A stretch of 64,000 nucleotides of DNA from Geminicoccaceae bacterium (GTDB taxonomy: Bacteria; Pseudomonadota; Alphaproteobacteria; Geminicoccales; Geminicoccaceae): positions 34,675 through 98,674 of the forward strand of contig JACKIM010000003.1 in the NCBI GenBank assembly GCA_020638465.1. Reading direction: 5' to 3'. Below, piece by piece: positions 56,958-64,000 of the stretch. Positions within the stretch are counted from its first letter, which is position 1. Every line of letters begins with the position of its first letter. The notes below the pieces were generated by a model that was not told where the DNA came from, searched no databases, and saw only the letters and a program-made list of their open reading frames with translations. The position numbers and the translations under genes are program-made.

Positions 56958-57914
56958 ATGTTGAAGAAAATGCTGGCCGCCACCGCCCTGGCGGTCCTGC
57001 TCACTGCGACCGCTTCCGCCCGCGAGCTGACGCTCGGATCGCAGGACAACGAGCAGTCCAATCCCTACAAGGGTGCCCTGGCCATGCAGGAGAAGCTGGC
57101 CGAGCTGTCCGGCGGCGATCTCACCCTCAAGCTGTTCCCCAATTCGCAGCTGGGCGACTTCAAGGCCATGGTCGCCCAGATGCAGGCCGGCGAGCTGGAC
57201 ATGGCGATGACCGGCTATCCCGACATGTCCTACATCATTCCCGAACTCAAGCTGATCGGCGCTCCCTATGTCGTGCGCGACTTCGATCACCTGAAGACGA
57301 TCCTTGCCGGGCCGTGGGGCCAGGACATGGAGCAGAAGTTCGAGGCGCAGAACGTCAAAATTCTCGATGTGTGGTATTATGGAACGCGCCAGACCACGGC
57401 CAACAGGCCGATCAACTCGATCGAGGACCTCAAGGGCCTGCGGATGCGCACTCCGAACGTGCCCTTCCTGATCGCCTATGCCTCCGCCGTCGGCGCGACG
57501 CCCGCTCCGGTCGCGTTTGCCGAGGTCTATCTGGCCCTGCAGACCAACCAGGTCGACGCCGAGGAAAATCCGCTGCCGACCATCGAGGCCATGAAGTTCT
57601 ATGAAGTGCAGAGCGCTGTGGCCATCACCAACCATTTCATCGCTTCCAGCGCCATGCAGATCTCGCTCGATACGTGGAACAGTCTCAGCGAACAGGAGCA
57701 GGGCTGGCTCATGGAAGCCATCAAGGCCGGCGGCGAGGTGAACGACACCCTCAATTTCGATGGCGAGGCCAAACTGCTCGACGAGTTCGCCAAGCGCGGG
57801 CTCACCGTCACCCATCCCGACCTCGAACCGTTCCGTGCGGCCATGCAGCCCTATTACGACGAGCTTGAGGCCGAGTTCGGCAAGGGCTCGATTGCCGCCG
57901 TCATCGGCGACTGA
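56958..57914 (+). CDS. siaP: Sialic-acid TRAP transporter substrate-binding protein (SiaP-like, DctP family)
   Basis: [27 protein letters not shown]...[27 protein letters not shown]...KFYEVQ closely parallels H. influenzae SiaP ([26 protein letters not shown]...[26 protein letters not shown]). Confidence 0.85.
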   Translation: [318 protein letters not shown]

Positions 57915-57992
57915 CAATTCATCGCGACTGCAAGGCGGGGCCATGTGCCGGCCTCGCCGCTTCCATGTTTCCGGTGTGCAGGGAGAGAGCCG

Positions 57993-58478
57993 ATGGACCG
58001 GCCACCCGCCCGATACGGCTTCGAGGGCGTGCTCGCCTCGCTGGCCTTCATCGCGCTTTTGAGCGTGCTTCTCGTCCAGATCCTCGGGCGCACGCCGCTG
58101 TTCAATGGACCGGTGTGGACCGAGGAACTGGCCCGCTGGATCTGGGTATGGATGGCATTCTTCGCCATCGGCGAGGCCGAGCGCACGGACAGCCAGTTGC
58201 GCATGGACTTCCTGGCGGGCTTCCTCCCGGAGATCGTCAGGAGAGCCGTGCGGATGATGATCGACATCGTCTATCTCGCCATTTCCGGACATCTGGTGTG
58301 GATCGCATGGAAGACCGTGCTTCGCACGTGGAATAACGAATCGGTGACGCTGCCGCTTTCGGATGCGGCCATGTATGCCGCGGCCCTCGCAGGTTTCGTC
58401 TTTGTCGTCCACCGTGTCGTCCGCCGGCTGATTCGCGGCTGCCGCCGACCCTCCTCCGCCGAAGGGATCCGTTCATGA
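57993..58478 (+). CDS. siaQ: TRAP transporter small permease (DctQ family)
   Basis: Trimmed to MDRPPARYGFEG at 57993 (SD GGGAGAGAG). Four TM helices. ATGA overlap with the large-subunit gene. Confidence 0.8.
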   Translation: MDRPPARYGFEGVLASLAFIALLSVLLVQILGRTPLFNGPVWTEELARWIWVWMAFFAIGEAERTDSQLRMDFLAGFLPEIVRRAVRMMIDIVYLAISGHLVWIAWKTVLRTWNNESVTLPLSDAAMYAAALAGFVFVVHRVVRRLIRGCRRPSSAEGIRS

Positions 58479-59749
58479 TCCTCGCCACCGTCGCCCTCGG
58501 CTGGCTCCTGCTCGTCCTTGTCGGCGTCCCCATCGGCGTGGCCATGGTCTTCGTCTCGATGGGCTACTTCTACCACAGCGGCCTCGGGCTGATGTTCGCG
58601 GTGCAGCGCATGGCCGACGGTCTCAACTCGTTTCCGCTGCTGGCCGTGCCGCTGTTCATCCTTGCGGCGGCGATCCTCAATTCCGCCGGCATCACCAATC
58701 ACCTGTTCGGCTTTGCCCGCGCCCTGGTCGGCCACATTCCGGGAGGTCTGGGACATGTCAATGTTCTCGCTTCGTTGTTTTTCTCCGGCATGTCCGGTTC
58801 GGCCATGGCCGACGCCGGCGGGCTCGGCAAGATGGAGATCGAGGCGATGCGCAAGGCGGGCTATGACGACGAGTTCTCGGGCTCGGTGACAGCCGCCTCG
58901 TCGATGATCGGCCCGCTGGTGCCACCGTCGATCACCATGGTGCTCTACGGCGTGATCTCCAACACCTCGATCGGGGCCCTGTTCATGGGTGGCGTGATAC
59001 CGGGGGTGATGTGCGCCGCGTCACTGATGGTGATGGTCTACGTCCTCGCCCGCAGGCGCGACTACCCGCGCGATCCGAAAAGCAGTGCCGGCGACATCGG
59101 CAGACTGTTCATCCGCTCGCTGCCCGCCCTGCTGACACCGCTGGTCATCATCGGCGGCATCTTCTCCGGTTTCTTTTCACCCACCGAGGCGGCGGCCATC
59201 ACCGTGGTCTACGCCATCCTCATCGACCTGGTCTTCTACCGCGAGCTCACCTGGCGGCGGCTGTGGGATGCCATCTACGAAACGTCGGCCACGTCGGGTG
59301 CCATAGCCACCATCATTGCCGGGGTCAGCCTGCTCGGTTTCGTGCTGGCCCGAGAACAGGCGCCGCAATACATCGCCTCGCTGTTCCTTGCCATCGCCGA
59401 TGGCCCCGTGAGCTTCCTCATCGCCGTCAACCTGATGATCTTCGTGCTCGGCGCCTTCATCGAATCGCTGGTCATCCTGCTGATCGTCGTGCCGATCCTG
59501 GTGCCCGTGGCGCTCGGTTTCGGCATCGACCCGATCCATTTCGGCATCATCGTGGTGCTCAACCTGATGATCTCGATCCTCACGCCACCCATGGGCATGG
59601 CCCTGTTCGTCGTTGCCCAGGTGGGGAATATCCCCTTCCAGAAACTTGCCCGCGGCATCCTGCCCTGGCTGATCCCGCCCGTCGTCGTGCTGGTGCTCGT
59701 CTGCACCTTCCCGATTCTCGCGACCGGCCTGCCCAGCCTGCTGCAATAG
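58475..59749 (+). CDS. siaM: TRAP transporter large permease (DctM family)
   Basis: 424 aa. LLAVPLFILAAAILN and FFSGMSGSAMADAGGLGKMEIEAMRKAGY. Confidence 0.9.
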   Translation: MILATVALGWLLLVLVGVPIGVAMVFVSMGYFYHSGLGLMFAVQRMADGLNSFPLLAVPLFILAAAILNSAGITNHLFGFARALVGHIPGGLGHVNVLASLFFSGMSGSAMADAGGLGKMEIEAMRKAGYDDEFSGSVTAASSMIGPLVPPSITMVLYGVISNTSIGALFMGGVIPGVMCAASLMVMVYVLARRRDYPRDPKSSAGDIGRLFIRSLPALLTPLVIIGGIFSGFFSPTEAAAITVVYAILIDLVFYRELTWRRLWDAIYETSATSGAIATIIAGVSLLGFVLAREQAPQYIASLFLAIADGPVSFLIAVNLMIFVLGAFIESLVILLIVVPILVPVALGFGIDPIHFGIIVVLNLMISILTPPMGMALFVVAQVGNIPFQKLARGILPWLIPPVVVLVLVCTFPILATGLPSLLQ

Positions 59750-59785
59750 CCGGACGGACGGGCCGGGCATCCCGGAAAGCCGCCT

Positions 59786-60658
59786 TCATCGCCCCTTCTC
59801 CCCGGGAGCTGCCGTGCATTCCGCCCGCGCGAGGGCCGCGATCCCGATAACTCCCGCATCCGCGCCCAGGGCCGCCGCGACAAGCGACGGCCGCAGCCGG
59901 TCCGGGCGGGCATCGCACTGCCGGCGCAGGCGCTCCAGATAACCCCCGGCCATGCCGACACCGCCGCCGATGACGATGACCTGCGGATCGAAGGCCAATT
60001 GCAGGTTGCAGCAGAGCAGCGCCACATCGACTGCCGAAGCCCGCACGACCGCCTCCGCCCAGCTTTCGCCCGCCGCACAGGCCGCGAAGATCGCGGGTGC
60101 GCGCAGATCGTGCCCCGCCCGCCTCGCCGCCGCCTCGATGCCAAGCCCCGAAGCCCTGTCCTCCAGGCGTGCGCCGACGCCATCGATCGCCTGCCCGAAG
60201 CTCCCGGCCACACCGCCACGGCCGACAAGCAGCCGGCCATGGGTCACGACCCCGCCGCCAATGCCGGTGGAAACGGTGAGGAATACCATGTCGCGCCCCT
60301 GCCCCGCGCCATGCAGATATTCCCCCCACGCAGCCGCCTGCGCATCGTTGGCGAGAACGGGCCGGCAGCCGAATGCCGCACCGAGCCGGTCGGCCAGTGG
60401 ATAGTGCGGCGGTATCGCCAGCGTACCGGTGTTGAGCGGCGACCAGCAGCCCCCGGCCACCACACCCGTCACCGCACAGCCGATCCCGTCATAACGGCCC
60501 TCCCAGCCTTCGACCGCCCGGACGATCTGTCCGATCCACTCCTCCGGGCCGGTCTCCCGCCGGGTCGCCATGACCCTGCGCTCGACGACCGTTGCCCCAT
60601 CGACGAGACTTGCCAGGATTTTCGTCCCACCGATGTCCAGCGCCAGGATCGGGCTCAT
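59786..60658 (-). CDS. nanK: N-acetylmannosamine kinase (ROK/sugar-kinase family)
   Basis: Trimmed to MSPILALDIGGTK at 60658 (ATGA overlap with nanE). ANDAQAAAWGE and VSTGIGGG motifs. Confidence 0.8.
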   Translation of the reverse strand: MSPILALDIGGTKILASLVDGATVVERRVMATRRETGPEEWIGQIVRAVEGWEGRYDGIGCAVTGVVAGGCWSPLNTGTLAIPPHYPLADRLGAAFGCRPVLANDAQAAAWGEYLHGAGQGRDMVFLTVSTGIGGGVVTHGRLLVGRGGVAGSFGQAIDGVGARLEDRASGLGIEAAARRAGHDLRAPAIFAACAAGESWAEAVVRASAVDVALLCCNLQLAFDPQVIVIGGGVGMAGGYLERLRRQCDARPDRLRPSLVAAALGADAGVIGIAALARAECTAAPGEKGR

Positions 60659-61323
60659 GCTCCGGCAATCGCCCGCGCGAACCATGAGGTGACATGCTCA
60701 GGCCGGGTGATCGCCGATCCGACGACCACAGCACCGGCACCGGCCCTGATCGCCGCCGCCGCGTCGACCGGCCGGTGATAACGCCCCTCGGCCAGTGTGA
60801 AACGGCCGAGCCCCGCCAGTGCGCGCACCAGTTCCAGGTCGGGATGGTCCGGAACCTCCCCGCCCGTGTAACCCGACAGCGTCGACCCCAGTATCCGGCA
60901 TCCGAGCGCAGCCGCCCGCTCGCCATCCGCCAGAACCGCGCAATCCGCCATCGCCTGCGCGCCAAGCCCATGGACGAGCGCCACCAGCGCCTCGACCGGC
61001 TCCGGGCGAATCCGGTCCGTCGCGTCGAACGCGACGATGTCCGCCCCCTCACCGACCAGCCCGCGGACATGATCGGACAGCGGCGTGATCCGCACCGGAC
61101 TGTCGTCGAGATCGGCCTTGACCAGTCCGATGACCGGTGCATCCGTCACCCGGCGCACCGCCCGCAGGTTGGCCAGCCCCTCGATCCTCAACCCATGCGC
61201 ACCACCGTCGAGTGCCGCAAGCGCGAATGCCGCCGTGACCTCGGGACGATCCAGCGGCCCGCCCGGAACCGGCTGACACGATACCACCAGCCCGCCTGCC
61301 AACCGTTCGATCACCCCCGACAT
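60655..61323 (-). CDS. nanE: N-acetylmannosamine-6-phosphate 2-epimerase
   Basis: 222 aa. LVVSCQPVPGGPL, GLRIEG, VIGLVK and STLSGYTG are typical NanE motifs. Confidence 0.85.
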   Translation of the reverse strand: MSGVIERLAGGLVVSCQPVPGGPLDRPEVTAAFALAALDGGAHGLRIEGLANLRAVRRVTDAPVIGLVKADLDDSPVRITPLSDHVRGLVGEGADIVAFDATDRIRPEPVEALVALVHGLGAQAMADCAVLADGERAAALGCRILGSTLSGYTGGEVPDHPDLELVRALAGLGRFTLAEGRYHRPVDAAAAIRAGAGAVVVGSAITRPEHVTSWFARAIAGA

Positions 61324-61451
61324 GTCCCCTCCGTGAAAATCCCGCCCGCATTGTCTTCGCCCCCCGCGCGAACCGCAAGGGGCTTCGGGGAGGCAGGGAA
61401 GAAGCCTCCAACCCCACTATTTTCACTGTAGAATAACCCCGCGCGAAGGCG

Positions 61452-62228
61452 TCAGGGGATGCCGGAGAGCGATTTGCCGAACACGGGGTGGGGTTTGCAC
61501 ACCGGCAGCGGCCGCCTCGCTGGCACGGGCGGCGGCGGCAGGTCGGGGAAATCGCCGGGCGGCAGCGCGCGGATGAGGCGCAACTCGTCCGGCGCGAAGA
61601 TGGCGAACGCTCCCGCCTGCGGGGTCGTCATCATCGCGTCGAGGATATGCTCGTGGAGACTTTTCAACAGGCGGGACCGTCCCCTTGCGCGGAGCCTTTC
61701 CTCCTCGCCACGGGATTTCCTCGCCCTTGCGGGTTTCGCCGCCCCGGGAGTGTCCTCCGTGAGCGACCATGGCACCGGGCAGACATCCGGCACATCGATC
61801 CCTCTGGCCACCGACTTCAGCAGCGAGGTGATGACATTCCCCATTCCCCTGCGTCCGGCACGATCCAGCCATGCCCTTTCGGCACCATCCGCCGATGCGA
61901 CGGATTGCGCCAGGGAGTTGTCCTGCAACCGGCGGAACCAGTCGCGGGAGTGGAACAGCAGCAGACGGTGGAGGATCGCCCGGAGGCCATGACCACCATG
62001 TGGGGATAGTCCCGCCCGCATCGCCGACAGGACACCTGCCACATGCGGCAGATGTTCCAACCCGTCGACCTCCGCCACATCAAGCCGGACCGCCGGCCCC
62101 GCCAGCACCCCGCGCCGCCCGGTCGCCACCAGCCAGCACACCTTCAGGAAACGAGGCGCGCCCCAGCGAAAGACCCGGCCGGCGAGTTTGCGCGGCAATA
62201 TGGGGGGTGTGGGAGAGGTGTGGGACAT
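61452..62228 (-). CDS. Hypothetical Arg-rich protein, paralogue of 22170..22892
   Basis: 258 aa. Collinear blocks shared with the other copy: MSHTSPTPPILPRKLAGRVFRWG...WLVATGR; HGGHGLRAIL; AERAWLDRAGRRG; ITSLLKSVARGID; RARGRSRLLKSL. Confidence 0.6.
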   Translation of the reverse strand: MSHTSPTPPILPRKLAGRVFRWGAPRFLKVCWLVATGRRGVLAGPAVRLDVAEVDGLEHLPHVAGVLSAMRAGLSPHGGHGLRAILHRLLLFHSRDWFRRLQDNSLAQSVASADGAERAWLDRAGRRGMGNVITSLLKSVARGIDVPDVCPVPWSLTEDTPGAAKPARARKSRGEEERLRARGRSRLLKSLHEHILDAMMTTPQAGAFAIFAPDELRLIRALPPGDFPDLPPPPVPARRPLPVCKPHPVFGKSLSGIP

Positions 62229-62397
62229 GGGGGGAGGTTATGATGCAAGGGCAGTGTGAGAGTCAAGGAATATTTTCTTATATTTTGCAACATTCCGCAT
62301 GTCGCCGTCTCACATGCCTGCACGACCGGACGGATCCTCTCCAGCACCGCCGGCGCCAGGTCATGGAGCCAACGGAACTTGCGGATATGTAACTTTT

Positions 62398-62418
62398 TCA
62401 ATGGATTGAATCCATTGA
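62398..62418. promoter_or_regulatory. Perfect 21-bp palindrome TCAATGGATT-G-AATCCATTGA (candidate operator)
   Basis: 10-1-10 perfect inverted repeat, 53 nt upstream of the kinase ATG (62471). A GntR gene follows the kinase gene. Confidence 0.55.
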
Positions 62419-62470
62419 CTTTAAAGGATTTCCGTCCGATTATCGAACAAGTTTCTCCCCAAAGGTGCCG

Positions 62471-63499
62471 ATGCCGGAACTGGCCATCATCGCGGATGAT
62501 CTGACGGGCGCGCTGGATGCGGCGGCGCCATTCTGTGGCGTGCCGGGCGGGGTTGTCGTTGCGACCCATGCAGGGGCGCTGGCTGCTGCCCTGAAGGCTG
62601 GCGCGGGCGTGGTTTCGGTGTCGACCCGGTCCCGCGAGATTCCCGGGGACGAGGCCCGCCTGCGGGTCGCGGCCATCCTCGAAGCGCTTCCGTCCGGCGT
62701 GCGTATGTTCAAGAAGATCGACTCCCGGCTCAAGGGCCATATCGGGGCCGAACTCGAACCGTTCGGACCGGTGCCGTTCCTGGTTTCGCCGGCCATTCCC
62801 GATCTCGGCCGAAGCGTTGTGGACGGGCATCTGCAGGGCTTCGGCGTGGCCGAACCGATTGCGATCGCCCCCCGGCTGGGAGGCGCGGCCGGGCGCGCCA
62901 TCATCCCCGACGCGCGGTCGGACGCGGACCTTGAGGACGCGGTGCGACAGGCGGTCGATCCTGCCGTCCTGGTCGGCGCGCGCGGTCTGGCCCAGGCGGC
63001 CGCAAGGGTCATGGGACTGGAGCCGGCACTGCTGTCCGCGACGCCCCTGCCATCGCCCATGGGTATCGTCGTCGGGTCCACCGATCCGATCACCCTGCGT
63101 CAGGTCGCCGCCCTGAAATCGGCGCACGGCGACCTGGTGCCGGTCGAGGCACCGTCGGGGCGGGTCGGTCCGCCGCCGGCAGCACCCCTGCCGCCGCTGA
63201 CGCTCCTCCAGGCCGTCGCGGGTCCAAAACGGGCACCCGCCGCGGTCGCGCGCGATTTCGCCGATGGTGCAAGGGCATGGCTGGCACCGATGCGGTCCAT
63301 GCTGCTGACCGGCGGGGCCACGGCCGAGGCGTTGCTCGATGCGTTGGGGATCGACGTCCTGACGGTCGAGGGCGAGATTTTGCCGGGCATTCCGTGCTGC
63401 CGAGGCGGCGACCGGATCGTGATGACCAAGTCCGGCGGTTTCGGTGGCGCCGACACCCTTGTCCGGCTCGCCGGGCGACTGGCCATGCGGAAGGCTTAG
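62471..63499 (+). CDS. Four-carbon acid sugar kinase family protein (DUF1537)
   Basis: N-terminal MPELAIIADDLTGALDAA is the family hallmark. ATG at 62471 (the track ORF starts at GTG 62465). About 342 aa, which is shorter than I expect for this family. Confidence 0.75.
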   Translation: MPELAIIADDLTGALDAAAPFCGVPGGVVVATHAGALAAALKAGAGVVSVSTRSREIPGDEARLRVAAILEALPSGVRMFKKIDSRLKGHIGAELEPFGPVPFLVSPAIPDLGRSVVDGHLQGFGVAEPIAIAPRLGGAAGRAIIPDARSDADLEDAVRQAVDPAVLVGARGLAQAAARVMGLEPALLSATPLPSPMGIVVGSTDPITLRQVAALKSAHGDLVPVEAPSGRVGPPPAAPLPPLTLLQAVAGPKRAPAAVARDFADGARAWLAPMRSMLLTGGATAEALLDALGIDVLTVEGEILPGIPCCRGGDRIVMTKSGGFGGADTLVRLAGRLAMRKA

Positions 63500-63502
63500 T
63501 TC

Positions 63503-64000
63503 ATGGTGCTGCAAGCTCACGGCAAGCCCGGCAGGCGCCGGAATCTCGGCGATATCGTGTTCGACAGTCTCGCGAGTTCGATCAAGTCGGGGGTCTATGA
63601 GGTGGACGAGCGCCTGCCGACCGAGCAGGATCTGGCACTCGAATTCCAGGTGTCGCGACCGGTGGTCCGCGATGCGTTGCAGCGTCTCCGCGACCAGGGC
63701 CTGATCTATTCGAGGCGCGGGGCAGGCAGTTTCGTGCGCAATGCGGGCCTGCGCAAACCGCTGGGCTTCGGGCAGGTCGAGAGCATTGCCGACCTGTCCA
63801 GCTGTTACGAATTCCGCATCACGCTGGAACCGCAGGCCGCGGCTGCCGCCGCCGAGCGGCACAGTGCCGACGGACTGGCGGCGATCGGCGGCGCGCTCGA
63901 CCTGATGCGGGATGCAACCGACCGGCAGCGGCACCGCGAGGATGCCGATTTCGCCTTTCACAATGCGATCGCCCATGCCGGCAACAACCCCTATTTCGCC
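63503..64000 (+). CDS. GntR/FadR family transcriptional regulator, 3'-truncated by window edge
   Basis: Not in the ORF track because there is no stop in the window. Hand translation from ATG 63503 gives MVLQAHGKPGRRRNLGDIVFDSLASSIKSGVYEVDERLPTEQDLALEFQVSRPVVRDALQRLRDQGLIYSRRGAGSFV... Confidence 0.85.
   Translation, partial: MVLQAHGKPGRRRNLGDIVFDSLASSIKSGVYEVDERLPTEQDLALEFQVSRPVVRDALQRLRDQGLIYSRRGAGSFVRNAGLRKPLGFGQVESIADLSSCYEFRITLEPQAAAAAAERHSADGLAAIGGALDLMRDATDRQRHREDADFAFHNAIAHAGNNPYFA

Noticed and set aside
22893-62228. Idea that the two paralogous genes with low-GC flanks mark the ends of a 39-kb mobile island
   Set aside because: There is no integrase, transposase, tRNA or conjugation gene, and I found no flanking direct repeats. 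The interior contains the housekeeping gene pyrE and has the same GC content and operon style as the flanks.
62243-62392. 49-aa plus-strand ORF with a strong SD (GGGGGGAGG) and faint resemblance to the NepR-like ORF (LH...DPL...R)
   Set aside because: The first half uses AT-ending codons (caa, agt, ata, ttt, tct, tat, att) unlike the genes of this GC-rich sequence. The SD is simply the complement of the C-rich stretch next to the minus-strand start codon. The NepR-like alignment needs several indels. Worth a look only if ribosome profiling shows translation.
1-64000. Search for defence systems, toxin-antitoxin pairs, CRISPR arrays, prophage or RNA genes
   Set aside because: I saw no nuclease, helicase, methylase, Cas, phage or TA-like proteins among the credible ORFs. 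I saw no spaced direct-repeat arrays and no tRNA or rRNA-like sequence. The novelty in this window is regulatory and metabolic, not defence-related.

Overview
High-GC (roughly 65%) bacterial segment, almost certainly alphaproteobacterial because it carries a NepR-like/EcfG-like sigma module behind a GGAAC-N16-CGTT promoter. It is densely coding: about 60 CDS, many coupled by ATGA/TTGA overlaps. I see no rRNA, tRNA, CRISPR, transposase, integrase or recognisable defence genes. The content is solute uptake and catabolism. There are four peptide/opine-type ABC systems (family-5 binding proteins), one CUT2-type sugar ABC system and two TRAP systems. Regulators are a sensor-less sigma-54 activator, four GntR/FadR genes and one RpiR gene. 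There is also a sialic-acid cluster (nanA, extra DHDPS paralogue, GntR regulator, siaPQM, nanE-nanK) and pyrE. Five things deserve a second look. (1) A 9-gene minus-strand operon (15490 down to 6331) lies behind a consensus -24/-12 promoter (TGGCACGCCTCTTGCT). It encodes its own regulatory-domain-less sigma-54 activator plus a C45 Ntn-hydrolase and an AtuA(DUF1446)/DUF4387 pair of unknown chemistry. A second -24/-12-like element faces the promoter, and two 32-bp tandem palindromic repeats lie upstream of it. (2) An orphan nepR-like/ecfG-like general-stress module has no phyR. In the position phyR normally occupies sits an unknown 240-aa protein, which has a paralogue 39 kb away next to nanEK. 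(3) An 11-gene operon combines two different ABC importers, three tandem enolase-superfamily enzymes and an esterase, next to three 20-bp-phased direct repeats. (4) Several strong palindromic operator candidates lie in divergent promoter regions. (5) A porin gene is translationally coupled to a 61-aa lipoprotein gene. Most long ORFs in the six-frame track are antisense or frame-shadow artefacts of the GC-rich sequence and were rejected. All family assignments come from motif recognition by eye; no searches were run.
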